NCBI GenBank assembly: GCA_964623635.1
Contig: CAZUUA010000002.1
Span: forward strand, 17,585-81,584
Source of the DNA: an uncultured Ruminococcus sp.
Lineage (GTDB): Bacteria; Bacillota; Clostridia; Oscillospirales; CAG-272
Reading direction: 5' to 3'
DNA: 64,000 nucleotides
Part shown: positions 42,752-52,330 of the stretch, piece by piece
Position numbering within the stretch: the first letter of the stretch is position 1
Layout of the letters: each line of letters opens with the position of its first letter
The notes under the pieces: generated by a model
The model's database searches: none
Told to the model about the DNA's origin: nothing
Seen by the model: only the letters and a program-made list of their open reading frames with translations
Translations under genes and position numbers: made by a program

Positions 42752-45142
42752 TCAAACCAATTCCTGCGGCGGCAGCTTGTCCGGTGGGAAGGGCATGGAG
42801 AAGGTCACACGGCCGGTCACATGGCGCACTTCATACCAGGTCAGATCCCCATCGGTCACATATTCGCCTTCGAAGGGCTGCGTGACAAAGTAGAAATCCC
42901 GGTGGGAATTGCGCAGTACCTGCAGATCGGTCTTGCAATAGTTTTCACCAAAGAAGCGCACCGTGGCATCCTGTAATCCATCCACCTCGATCCGGCGGCG
43001 ATATTGAGCGCTGACCGGTGGGATCTCACTGCAGCTGACAACGCCATCCTGTTGCTCTACGAACACTCTGCATTCCCGATGCTCGGCTTTTGGAAAATGA
43101 TAGGTAGCAAAGCCATCCTCCAGAATCGTCTCGTAGCCATCCAAAATCGGCGCACCCAAGGGGAAGTGCAGGCTTGTCTTTACAGTGGTGGAAGGCGAAT
43201 ACACAGAGAACACAAAGGCACCATCGTGACGGTGGGTCATGAGTACCGGCGGCTTGACACCATCTCGTTTGTCCAGCCGGATCCGGATCCCCAGCTTGTC
43301 CAGAGCCAACCGCAGGAAGCTTTCCCCGATGGGAGAGCCCACGTTGTACGCCTTGGACACAATGCCCCGGAGCCAGATCGCATTTTGCACCTGCGCCGCT
43401 ATGCACCGATCGCCTGCTGTAGCCCAGCCATTGTCGTCCGCTGCTGCAGCTACCGTGGACACACCGCCGCCGGAGAGAATGGCATCCACCTGGATCGTAC
43501 CGGCAGGCTGTCCATCGATGCACAGGGGAAGCGCACCGTCCAGCGGCTCTGCATGGGACAAATGGAAATAGGTCAGAAAGTCCGCTGTGGCCCGACTGGT
43601 ATTGCCATAGAAGATCACACGCCCACCTTCGCCGGCATACCGCAGGATCCGCTTCGCAAAGGCCGAATCGGTGGTCGGCACCGGCGTGATCAAAATGCTG
43701 TTTTCATACAGAGAAATGTCGTGTCGGCAGAAATTGTCCGTGGAGACCACTGTGGTGATGGGACAGGCATCGTTGATGGCGCCCCGGATGAACCAGTCTC
43801 CGGCGTACATTTCGGACAGTTCCACGCCGGTTGTGGCATGGTTGTATTCGTCAAAGGGATATACCCAAACCACCGGCGAGACGGCGTCCGGTGCATCCTT
43901 GATCGCCTTACGCAAATGGGGGATCGGCTCGTTGATGCAGTCCTTCGGCATATCTCCAAAAACATTGTCAATGGAGAGCAGATTCAGGTGGGTCGGCGGT
44001 TCGATGTTCCCCTGGCCATCCAGACGTGCCACGCTGAGCGGCAGATAGATATCGTGGGGCTGGCTGTTGTACCGGTCGTACCACGGCGAGTTGGCCCACC
44101 AGATATCGTGGATGTAAAACCGGAATAAGTACGGGTGTCGGATATTTTCCGTGTCGTGGGGCAGTCCGGCGATCCGGGACATATAGCCCATCAGCTCCAG
44201 TCCAAAATCCCCATTGATGGCAGCCCACGGAGAATTCGGCGGCGGCAGCAGATCGTATTCCCCGTCGTAAATGGTACGCAGCGGCACGCCGTCGGTGGCA
44301 AAGTCGATGCCCATGGACATATTGGTGCCACGGGTCTCGATGGGATAGTCCGGACACTCCCGGCGAAAATCCTGCCAGAACTGCACCACATCCTGTCGAA
44401 CCCCGGCAAGCTCCTCTTCGTGGAACCGCTTTCCATCGAAGATCGCACCCAGTGCCGACCAGGTCTCTCGTCCAAAGCCCAGCCCATTGGAGAACCAGAT
44501 GTAGTCAAAGCCCATGTCCTGCAGGAACACACGGCTCTGGGCCCCAAAGAAGGTACCAAAGGGAAGACCTTCCGGGATCCCATTGGGGAAGGCAGCATAG
44601 TGGGTGTCGTCGCCGTGCAGCCGGGCATAGGAGCAGACCATGGTGGCTTTCCCCATGTCGTTGCCCAGACAGATCTCGTTGTGCCGTTCGTACTTGAAGG
44701 AAGAACGGGCAAACTCCGGACCGGGATCAAAGGTGGTGCCCACACGAATGAGCGTATCACTGCCCAGCACTTCTTTACCGATCTGCTTCAGCGTTGCCAC
44801 AATGTCGTGCAGGATCCGGTAGGTCATGACTGGTGGATCGTCGCACATCCGATAGCACCGGGTGTGGAGCCCCAGTCCATCCGGGTCGATGGCGGAATGG
44901 CTGGCTTCCCGATTGTTGGCACCACCGATGTACATGGCCCAGGAGAAGGACTCGTCCAGCTCTCCCCGGTAATCCAACAGCTCACTGCCATCCGCAGACC
45001 AAAGCAGCACCGACACACAAGGCACGTCGTGTACCAGCGGCCGCCAATCGGTGAATACCTGTCGGCATACCGCTTCGATATAGGCCGGATCCGTCTGGTG
45101 AAAGGGCTTCAGGCTCATTTCCAATGTGATATTCTGTAGCAT
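42752..45142 (-). CDS. Large cytoplasmic protein of unknown function, glycoside-hydrolase-like (no family recognised)
   Basis: Track ORF 42752..45268. ATG 45142 (MLQNITLEMSLKPF) has AGTGAGGAA upstream. 796 aa, no signal peptide. Aromatic/acidic-rich TIM-barrel-like N-terminal half (FDYIWFSNGLGFGRETW). The middle segment (RVIFYGN...) looks like the GATase-like domain of GH42/GH112 enzymes, which is a weak inference. Confidence 0.5.
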   Translation of the reverse strand: MLQNITLEMSLKPFHQTDPAYIEAVCRQVFTDWRPLVHDVPCVSVLLWSADGSELLDYRGELDESFSWAMYIGGANNREASHSAIDPDGLGLHTRCYRMCDDPPVMTYRILHDIVATLKQIGKEVLGSDTLIRVGTTFDPGPEFARSSFKYERHNEICLGNDMGKATMVCSYARLHGDDTHYAAFPNGIPEGLPFGTFFGAQSRVFLQDMGFDYIWFSNGLGFGRETWSALGAIFDGKRFHEEELAGVRQDVVQFWQDFRRECPDYPIETRGTNMSMGIDFATDGVPLRTIYDGEYDLLPPPNSPWAAINGDFGLELMGYMSRIAGLPHDTENIRHPYLFRFYIHDIWWANSPWYDRYNSQPHDIYLPLSVARLDGQGNIEPPTHLNLLSIDNVFGDMPKDCINEPIPHLRKAIKDAPDAVSPVVWVYPFDEYNHATTGVELSEMYAGDWFIRGAINDACPITTVVSTDNFCRHDISLYENSILITPVPTTDSAFAKRILRYAGEGGRVIFYGNTSRATADFLTYFHLSHAEPLDGALPLCIDGQPAGTIQVDAILSGGGVSTVAAAADDNGWATAGDRCIAAQVQNAIWLRGIVSKAYNVGSPIGESFLRLALDKLGIRIRLDKRDGVKPPVLMTHRHDGAFVFSVYSPSTTVKTSLHFPLGAPILDGYETILEDGFATYHFPKAEHRECRVFVEQQDGVVSCSEIPPVSAQYRRRIEVDGLQDATVRFFGENYCKTDLQVLRNSHRDFYFVTQPFEGEYVTDGDLTWYEVRHVTGRVTFSMPFPPDKLPPQELV

Positions 45143-45185
45143 GAAAAATTCCTCACTTTGTGGGTTTACCAGAATGCATAGCTGT

Positions 45186-45214
45186 ATTGTAGCATACAGT
45201 GGTGCGCTTGTCAA
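45186..45214 (-). promoter_or_regulatory. Putative sigma-A promoter of the 796-aa gene
   Basis: Minus strand TTGACA - 17 nt - TACAAT. Confidence 0.5.
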
Positions 45215-45235
45215 TACAAAATGGGAAATCTGCAT

Positions 45236-45287
45236 AAAAAATTGGCTTTGCTCGCCATGGAAAACCATGTGACGAAAGCAAAGCCAA
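45236..45287 (-). terminator. Rho-independent terminator after the ABC exporter operon
   Basis: Minus strand TTGGCTTTGCT ... AGCAAAGCCAA followed by TTTTTT. Confidence 0.65.
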
Positions 45288-45298
45288 TTCCATTTTTA

Positions 45299-47239
45299 TT
45301 ATTCCAATTCGAAAGCACCGGTGTAGAGCTGGTAGTAGGTGCCCCGTTCTTCGATCAGCTTGTCGTGGTTGCCCCGTTCGATGATCCGGCCATGGTCCAA
45401 AACCATGATCACATCGGAGTCCATAACGGTAGACAACCGGTGTGCAATCACGAATACGGTACGGCCTTCCATCAGCTTGTCCATACCACGCTGCACGATG
45501 GCCTCGGTTCTGGTGTCGATGGAGGAGGTAGCCTCGTCCATGATCATGACCGGCGGATCGGCTACGGCGGCACGGGCAATGGCAATGAGCTGCCGCTGTC
45601 CCTGAGACAGGTTGGCGCCGTTGTTGTTCAGCTGGGTCTGGTAACCGGCCGGCAGACGGGTGATGAAGTCATCGGCACCGGCCAGCTTGGCAGCAGCGAT
45701 ACATTCGTCATCCGTAGCATCCAGCCGACCATAGCGGATGTTGTCCATGACCGTGCCGGTGAACAGGTTGGTTTCCTGCAATACGATACCCAAAGAGCGG
45801 CGCAGGTCGGACTTTTTGATCTTGTTGATGTTGATCCCATCGTACCGGATCTTGCCGTCTGCAATGTCGTAGAACCGGTTGATCAGGTTGGTGATGGTGG
45901 TCTTCCCGGCGCCGGTAGCTCCCACAAATGCCACCTTCTGCCCCGGCTCCGCATACACCGATACATCGTGCAGAACGGTCTTGCCTTCCTCGTACCCGAA
46001 GTCCACCTCGGTCAGCCGTACGTCACCCTTCAGCTCGGTGTAGGTGATGGTACCGTCGTCGTGGTGCGGATGCTTCCATGCCCACTTGCCGGTACGTTCG
46101 GTGGTCTCGGTGATATTGCCGTTTGCATCGATCTTGGCATTCACCAGCGTCACATACCCATCGTCGGCTTCCGGCTCTGCATCCATCAGAGAGAATACAC
46201 GCTCTGCACCGGCACAACCCATGACAATGGCGTTGATCTGCTGGGAAAGCTGGTTGACGTTACCGGTGAACTGTCTTGCCATGTTCAGGAAGGGGACCAC
46301 GATACTGATGCCCAATGCCTTGCCGGACAGGGACAGGTTCGGGACCTCCAGCAGCAGCAATACACCGCCAAACAGTGCCAGAGAAACGTACACAATGTTA
46401 CCGATGTTGGAGATGATGGGCGCCAGCATATTGGCATAGGCGTGTGCCTTGTAGGCATCTTCGTACAGCGCATTGTTGATCTTTTCAAATTCTGCAATGC
46501 TCTTGTCCTCATGGTTGAAGACCTTGACCACACGCTGGCCGTTCATCATTTCCTGGATGTAGCCTTCGGTCAGACCCAGCGCCTTCTGGTTGCGGATGAA
46601 ATACTTGGCAGAACCGCCACCAAGCTTTTTGGAAACAAATATCATTGCGACCACACCTAGACATAGCAGCAGCGTCATCCATACGCTGAAATACAGCATA
46701 CAGCAGAATACCGTGATGACCACGCAGCCGGCCTGCAGCAGGGAAGGAAGCGCCTGAGAAATCAGCTGTCGCAGGGTGTCGATGTCGTTGGTGTAGTAGG
46801 ACATGATGTCCCCGTGCTTGTGGGTGTCAAAGAACTTGATGGGCAGATCCTGCATCTTGTCGAACATTTCACAGCGGAGCTTGTCCAAAAAGCCCTGTGT
46901 CAGATACGCCATGAGCTGGGTCTGGGTGGTCGTAGCTGCCAGCGATACCACATACAGGCACGCCAGCACGATGATATAGGGAACGATATCCTTCTGTGCC
47001 GAAGCCCAGTCGCCGGAGACATACCACTTTTCGATCCCGGCAATGACGTTCTGCTGGAACAGAGAGGGGATCGACGAAACAACAGCGGCAAAGAGAATGC
47101 AGAAAATGGTGGTGGGCACAAGGACAGGGTAGAAGGTAAAGAGCTTCTTCAGAACTCTGCCAAGTGTGGAAAAATTGATCTTCCGGGTACCGGGCTTGGT
47201 GACCGGCTTTTCCTGCTTAGTCACGATCATCACCTCCAT
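45299..47239 (-). CDS. ABC exporter, fused TMD-NBD half transporter (second subunit)
   Basis: 6 TM plus an NBD with GATGAGKTT (Walker A), LSQGQRQLIAIARA (signature) and VMIMDEATS (Walker B). The start is ambiguous: ATG 47239 or 47230, or GTG 47224, which has GGAGG 8 nt upstream. It overlaps the end of the first subunit. Confidence 0.9.
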   Translation of the reverse strand: MEVMIVTKQEKPVTKPGTRKINFSTLGRVLKKLFTFYPVLVPTTIFCILFAAVVSSIPSLFQQNVIAGIEKWYVSGDWASAQKDIVPYIIVLACLYVVSLAATTTQTQLMAYLTQGFLDKLRCEMFDKMQDLPIKFFDTHKHGDIMSYYTNDIDTLRQLISQALPSLLQAGCVVITVFCCMLYFSVWMTLLLCLGVVAMIFVSKKLGGGSAKYFIRNQKALGLTEGYIQEMMNGQRVVKVFNHEDKSIAEFEKINNALYEDAYKAHAYANMLAPIISNIGNIVYVSLALFGGVLLLLEVPNLSLSGKALGISIVVPFLNMARQFTGNVNQLSQQINAIVMGCAGAERVFSLMDAEPEADDGYVTLVNAKIDANGNITETTERTGKWAWKHPHHDDGTITYTELKGDVRLTEVDFGYEEGKTVLHDVSVYAEPGQKVAFVGATGAGKTTITNLINRFYDIADGKIRYDGININKIKKSDLRRSLGIVLQETNLFTGTVMDNIRYGRLDATDDECIAAAKLAGADDFITRLPAGYQTQLNNNGANLSQGQRQLIAIARAAVADPPVMIMDEATSSIDTRTEAIVQRGMDKLMEGRTVFVIAHRLSTVMDSDVIMVLDHGRIIERGNHDKLIEERGTYYQLYTGAFELE

Positions 47240-48959
47240 TGGTTTGTTGTTCATATACTTCACGATAAATATCACTGGTCCGGAGCAGCTGGTCGTGGTT
47301 GCCTTTTGCCACGATCTTACCGTTGTCCATGACCAGGATCATGTCGGCATCCTGCACCGAAGCCACACGCTGGGCAATGATGATCTTGGTGGTCTCCGGG
47401 ATAAAGGATTTGAACCCGGCCCGGATGAACGCATCGGTCTTCATGTCTACAGCAGAGGTGGAGTCGTCCAAAATCAGGATCTTCGGCCTCTTCAGCAGAG
47501 CACGGGCAATACAGATACGCTGCTTCTGCCCACCGGATACGTTGGTACCACCCTGCTCGATCCAGGTGTCGTAGCCGTCCGGGAAGGAGCGAATGAACTC
47601 ATCGGCCTGGGCCAGCTTGCAGGCTTCTACCAATTCCTCGTCGGTGGCGTTTTCGTTGCCCCAACGGAGGTTTTCCTTGATGGTGCCGGAGAACAGCAGG
47701 TTCTTCTGCAGCACCACGGCCACAGCGTCCCGGAGCACCGTCAGGTCATATTCCCGTACATCTCTGCCGCCGACCTTCACAGACCCGTCGGTCACATCGT
47801 ACAGACGGGAGATCAGCTGAATCAGCGTGGACTTGGAGGAACCGGTACCACCTAAGATCCCCACGGTCATGCCGGAGCGGATCTGCAGGTCGATATCGGA
47901 CAGGGCATATTTTTTGGCTTCCTTAGAATACTTAAAGCTTACATTCTGGAATTCCACAGAGCCGTCCTGCACTTCGGTCAAAGCGTTTTCCGGAGAGGTT
48001 AGCGCCGTTTCTTCTACCAGCACCTCGTAGATACGCTTCATGGATTCGGAGGACATGGTCAGGATCACGTAGATCATGGACAGCATATTCAGGGACATCA
48101 GGATCTGCATACCGTAGGTCAGCATGGCGGAGATCTGTCCCACGTCAATGGTGGTGCCCTGGTTGGTGATGATCAGCTTGGAGCCGATAAACAGGATGAA
48201 CACCATGTTGATGTTCATGCAGATCTGCATCAAGGGAGAGTTCAGCGCCACGATCCGTTCGGCCTTGGTGAAGTCCTGGCAGATGTCATGGGCTGCGGTA
48301 TTGAACTTTTTCTTTTCGTAGTCTTCTCTGGAAAAGCCCTTGACCACACGCATACCCCGCACGTTCTCTTCAATGGATTCGTTCAGGTTGTCGTATTTGT
48401 GGAACACGGCCCGGAAGGCAGGCATCGCCTTTTTGGAGACCGTGAATAGCCCAAAGACCAGAAGCGGGATCACGATGACAAAGGAGGTCGCCAGCGCACC
48501 GCCCATGATGTACGCCATAATGATGGAGAAAATGAACATCATCGGAGACCGGACAGCGGTACGAATGATCATCATATACGACATCTGTACGTTGGAAACG
48601 TCAGTTGTCATACGTGTGACCAGGGAAGAAGAGGAGAACTTATCGATGTTCTCAAAGGAGAAGCTCTGGATCCGCTTGAAGATATCGCTGCGCAGATTTT
48701 TGGCAAACCCGGCAGAAGCCTTGGCACAGGTCCGGGCAGCGATACCACCGCAGCATAAGGAGAGACAGGCCAGCAGGACCAGCAGCAGTCCGGACTTGAT
48801 CAGCGCATCCATGGCAACGCCGTTTTTGATGCTATTGACGAGTTCAGCCGTGATAAACGGTATGAACACTTCAATGATGGTTTCACACATAATAAAGATC
48901 AGCGTGAGGATCGTTGGCTTTTTGAACTCTCTCACGCATGATGCAAGCCGTTTTAACAT
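47217..48959 (-). CDS. ABC exporter, fused TMD-NBD half transporter (first subunit)
   Basis: 580 aa. GGTGSSKST (Walker A), VSGGQKQRICIARA and ILILDDSTS. The pair looks like a heterodimeric type-IV exporter. Confidence 0.9.
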   Translation of the reverse strand: MLKRLASCVREFKKPTILTLIFIMCETIIEVFIPFITAELVNSIKNGVAMDALIKSGLLLVLLACLSLCCGGIAARTCAKASAGFAKNLRSDIFKRIQSFSFENIDKFSSSSLVTRMTTDVSNVQMSYMMIIRTAVRSPMMFIFSIIMAYIMGGALATSFVIVIPLLVFGLFTVSKKAMPAFRAVFHKYDNLNESIEENVRGMRVVKGFSREDYEKKKFNTAAHDICQDFTKAERIVALNSPLMQICMNINMVFILFIGSKLIITNQGTTIDVGQISAMLTYGMQILMSLNMLSMIYVILTMSSESMKRIYEVLVEETALTSPENALTEVQDGSVEFQNVSFKYSKEAKKYALSDIDLQIRSGMTVGILGGTGSSKSTLIQLISRLYDVTDGSVKVGGRDVREYDLTVLRDAVAVVLQKNLLFSGTIKENLRWGNENATDEELVEACKLAQADEFIRSFPDGYDTWIEQGGTNVSGGQKQRICIARALLKRPKILILDDSTSAVDMKTDAFIRAGFKSFIPETTKIIIAQRVASVQDADMILVMDNGKIVAKGNHDQLLRTSDIYREVYEQQTNGGDDRD

Positions 48960-49025
48960 GGTGTTTTCCTTTCATTTGTAATAATGGATTGCGTGATGGT
49001 GCAAATACCACACCACCAATATACC

Positions 49026-49054
49026 ATTATACTACAAAACGATAGAAAAATCAA
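49026..49054 (-). promoter_or_regulatory. Putative promoter of the ABC exporter operon
   Basis: Minus strand TTGATT - 17 nt - TATAAT, about 65 nt upstream of the ATG. Confidence 0.45.
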
Positions 49055-49240
49055 TTCACAAAGCGTGAAGAATACGGCGGATAACCGGGAACATTCCTTG
49101 ATAAATTTGACAAATTGTGATTTGCTCCTGCAACCGACGATCCGGTGCCAGATGAACAAATTGCACCGCACGAATATCGGTCAAAAAGAAGATCGAGAAA
49201 TCCAATGAAAAAACCACATAGGGGAAATTCGGTAAAAGAC

Positions 49241-49269
49241 TTGCATAAGCAGAGATGATATGGTATAAT
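49241..49269 (+). promoter_or_regulatory. Putative sigma-A promoter of the nusB operon
   Basis: TTGCAT - 17 nt - TATAAT. Confidence 0.5.
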
Positions 49270-49348
49270 TATACGGAATAGACTATGACATATAGAAATG
49301 ACACAGGTACGCCCTGTATATCGGATAGAGGAAGGCTGGATTTGGATC

Positions 49349-49852
49349 ATGGCAGAAAAAACACAAATGAATCGACACAACAGCAGAAAGACCGTATTTA
49401 CCCTGCTGTATACCAAGGAATTTTACCCGGAGCTGGATGGCAGAGAATTTTTGCAGGCCAGTGCAGAAGCCGCTGAGAGCACCTACAACGTCTATATCGT
49501 AGACACGTTCTTAGGTGTGCAGCAGCATATGCCGGAGATCGACCGGGAAATCGAGACTTATGCCGTCAAGTGGAAGGTTTCCCGTATGGCAAAGGTGACC
49601 CGTTCGATCCTGCGGCTGGCCGTCTACGAAATGCTGTTCGCCCAGATGCCGGTGCCGCCGAAGGTGCTGATCAACGAAGCCGTAGAGTTGGCAAAGGAAT
49701 ATGACGACGATGCCGCACCGACCTTCATCAACGGGATCCTGCACCGTGTGGCCCATGAGCATGGTCTCTTGGGAGAACAGGTTCCGGCAGAACGGTCTGA
49801 CACCGAAAGTACAGCCGATCCTGCACCGGCAGTAGAAGTAGAGAACGCATAA
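49349..49852 (+). CDS. nusB: Transcription antitermination factor NusB (with acidic C-terminal tail)
   Basis: Track ORF 49298..49852, started at ATG 49349 (MAEKTQMNRHNSRK). RSILRLAVYEM, INEAVELAK and FINGILH blocks. Confidence 0.9.
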   Translation: MAEKTQMNRHNSRKTVFTLLYTKEFYPELDGREFLQASAEAAESTYNVYIVDTFLGVQQHMPEIDREIETYAVKWKVSRMAKVTRSILRLAVYEMLFAQMPVPPKVLINEAVELAKEYDDDAAPTFINGILHRVAHEHGLLGEQVPAERSDTESTADPAPAVEVENA

Positions 49853-49855
49853 TAT

Positions 49856-50851
49856 ATGAAAGAACTCTATCTGGGACTGGACACCAGCAATTACACCACC
49901 TCTGCCGCACTGTGTGACAAGGAGGGACATATTCTGTGGAACCAAAAGAAGCTGTTGCCGGTCAAGGAAGGTGAACGAGGACTGCGGCAGAGCGATGCTG
50001 TGTTTCTCCACGTGAAGGCTTTGTCGGAGACGGCCAAGGGATTGGCAGACACCTTGTCCGAAGCAGAAGGAGTCCTGCAGGCCATCGGTACCTCCGTCTC
50101 TCCCAGAGACAGCGAAGGCTCCTATATGCCTTGCTTCCTGGTGGGCAGTGGTGTCGGTGAGATGCTCTCCGCCGCCATGCAGATCCCACGCTTTACCTTT
50201 TCTCACCAGGCAGGACATCTGATGGCAGCCGCCTATTCTGCCTGCGCCGGCAAGATGGACGAGCTGGATGCACTGCTGCAAAAGCCGTTTCTGGCATTCC
50301 ACGTGTCCGGCGGTACCACAGACATTCTGTACGCCAAACCGGACGCCGAAAGGATCCTGACCGTGGAACGGCTGGGTGGTACCATGGATATCAACGCCGG
50401 ACAGCTCATCGATCGCATGGGTGTAAAAATGGGTCTGTCCTTCCCCAGTGGCGCCGCTATGGACGAAATGGCACTGGCGTATACGGCGCAGACCCCAAAA
50501 CGGAAGATCCCCAAAGCACCGGTCACCGTCCGGGAGCTGACCTGCAATCTGTCGGGACTGGAGAATAAGGCCACCGCACTGTGGGACGAGACTGCCGAAC
50601 CGGCTCTGATCAGTACCTACGTGCTCCACGCCGTTGCCATGACGCTTTTGCGCCTGACTGAAAAGCTGGAGGAAGCTTATCCCGGTACCCCCATCCTGTA
50701 TGCCGGCGGCGTCATGAGTTCCCGGTATATCAAAACCTTCCTCATGCCCCACGGCCGTTTTGCCGAAGCGAAATTTTCCTCCGACAATGCGGCAGGTACA
50801 GCACTGCTGTGTAGAGCCAGAGCTGGTAGGAACGGAGGGAGTGACGCATAA
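49856..50851 (+). CDS. Kae1/TsaD-like ASKHA-fold protein (peptidase M22/glycoprotease family)
   Basis: 331 aa. LGLDTSNYTTSAAL, SHQAGH (HxxxH metal motif), FHVSGGTTD, GGVMSS. Confidence 0.7.
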   Translation: MKELYLGLDTSNYTTSAALCDKEGHILWNQKKLLPVKEGERGLRQSDAVFLHVKALSETAKGLADTLSEAEGVLQAIGTSVSPRDSEGSYMPCFLVGSGVGEMLSAAMQIPRFTFSHQAGHLMAAAYSACAGKMDELDALLQKPFLAFHVSGGTTDILYAKPDAERILTVERLGGTMDINAGQLIDRMGVKMGLSFPSGAAMDEMALAYTAQTPKRKIPKAPVTVRELTCNLSGLENKATALWDETAEPALISTYVLHAVAMTLLRLTEKLEEAYPGTPILYAGGVMSSRYIKTFLMPHGRFAEAKFSSDNAAGTALLCRARAGRNGGSDA

Positions 50852-52098
50852 TGGATGCTAACCAAAAATTTCCCGGTTCCCTGACCGTTACCCAACTGAA
50901 CGAATATATCAAGCAGCTCATCGATCAAGAACCACGCCTGACGGACGTGTACGTGAAAGGTGAAATCTCCAACTTCAAAAACCACTACAGCACCGGCCAC
51001 TACTACTTCACGCTCAAGGACGAAGGCGGCATGATCCGGGCTGTCATGTTTCGCTCGGCTGCCGGGAAGCTGCCTTTTATACCGGAGGACGGTATGAAGG
51101 TCATCGCCCACGGACGGGTGTCTGCCTTTGTGCGAGATGGGCAATACCAGCTGTACTGTGACAATATGGAGCCGGACGGTGTCGGTGCCTTGTACATCGC
51201 CTTTGAGCAGCTGAAACGAAAGCTGGAAGGCGAAGGACTGTTCGATCCGGCCAGAAAGCGTCCCTTGCCCAAGATCCCCACCAGAGTCGGCATCATCACG
51301 TCGGCCACCGGTGCGGCGATCCGGGATATGATCAACGTGTGCGGCAGACGTTTTCCCTATGCCAAGCTGATCTTATACCCATCGCTGGTACAGGGGCCGG
51401 ACGCACCGGGGCAGCTCATCGCCGGTCTGCGGTATTTCAACGAGACCCATTCCGTGGACGTGATCATCATCGGTCGCGGCGGTGGCTCCATCGAGGATCT
51501 GTGGGCCTTCAACAACGAGGAGCTGGCAAGGGAAGTGGCCGTCTCCGGTATTCCGGTGATCTCAGCAGTGGGACATGAGACCGACTTCACCATCTGCGAT
51601 TTTGTAGCCGACCGTCGTGCGCCTACCCCATCGGCGGCAGCAGAGCTTGCTGTACCGGACACGGCAGAGCTGCAGCGCAAGATCAACAACATTGTCACCA
51701 GAGAAGCCGGCGTCCTGCGGCAGATCACAGCCCGACACAGGGAAAAGCTGCTGCTTCTCTCCGGCAGTCGTGTGCTGCAGACCCCCACGGCTATGATCGA
51801 CGACAAACGAATGCAGATCGCCATGCTGACAGAACGTCTCACCCGTGCGGAGGAGCGGATCCTGCTGCAGGGTCGTGCGTCTTTGCAGACGGAGACTGGC
51901 AAGCTGTCGGCGCTGAATCCGCTGGCGGTGCTGTCCCGTGGCTATAGTGCCGTGTACAAAAAGGATGGCACACTGATAAGGAGCATCGACCATATGCAGC
52001 CGGGAGACGTGATCACCATCCAGACCGACGGTGGCGAGGCCGATGCCCGGATAGTGGAAACACGCCTTGCGGAAAGGAAAAAAACAGAGAATGTATAA
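50851..52098 (+). CDS. xseA: Exodeoxyribonuclease VII large subunit
   Basis: 415 aa. LTVTQLNEYIKQLI, GEISNFK OB-fold start, GIITSATGAAIRD, IIGRGGGSIEDLW, SAVGHETD. Confidence 0.9.
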   Translation: MDANQKFPGSLTVTQLNEYIKQLIDQEPRLTDVYVKGEISNFKNHYSTGHYYFTLKDEGGMIRAVMFRSAAGKLPFIPEDGMKVIAHGRVSAFVRDGQYQLYCDNMEPDGVGALYIAFEQLKRKLEGEGLFDPARKRPLPKIPTRVGIITSATGAAIRDMINVCGRRFPYAKLILYPSLVQGPDAPGQLIAGLRYFNETHSVDVIIIGRGGGSIEDLWAFNNEELAREVAVSGIPVISAVGHETDFTICDFVADRRAPTPSAAAELAVPDTAELQRKINNIVTREAGVLRQITARHREKLLLLSGSRVLQTPTAMIDDKRMQIAMLTERLTRAEERILLQGRASLQTETGKLSALNPLAVLSRGYSAVYKKDGTLIRSIDHMQPGDVITIQTDGGEADARIVETRLAERKKTENV

Positions 52099-52318
52099 TA
52101 CAGAAAATATGACCTTTGAAGCAGCTATGGCACGGCTGGAGGAGATCGTACGTGCCTTGGAAGGTGGCAATACACCCTTGGATGCTTCCCTGGCTTTGTT
52201 TGAAGAAGGCGTCGCTTTGGTGAAGCTGTGCAATAGCCGCCTGGACCACGCCGAACAGCAGGTGAAGATCCTGACCATGGGTGAGAACGGTACGATGGTA
52301 GAAAGCGATATGACCTGA
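52091..52318 (+). CDS. xseB: Exodeoxyribonuclease VII small subunit
   Basis: FEAAMARLEEIVRALEGGNTPLDASLALFEEGVALVKLC. ATG 52091 overlaps the xseA stop; ATG 52109 is an alternative. Confidence 0.85.
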   Translation: MYNTENMTFEAAMARLEEIVRALEGGNTPLDASLALFEEGVALVKLCNSRLDHAEQQVKILTMGENGTMVESDMT

Positions 52319-52330
52319 TGGAGAGATGAT

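Noticed and set aside
45221-46660. 479-aa plus-strand ORF
   Set aside because: It is antisense to the ABC exporter gene, whose Walker/signature motifs are unambiguous on the minus strand. The ORFs at 46814-47332, 47166-47855 and 48340-48981 were rejected for the same reason.
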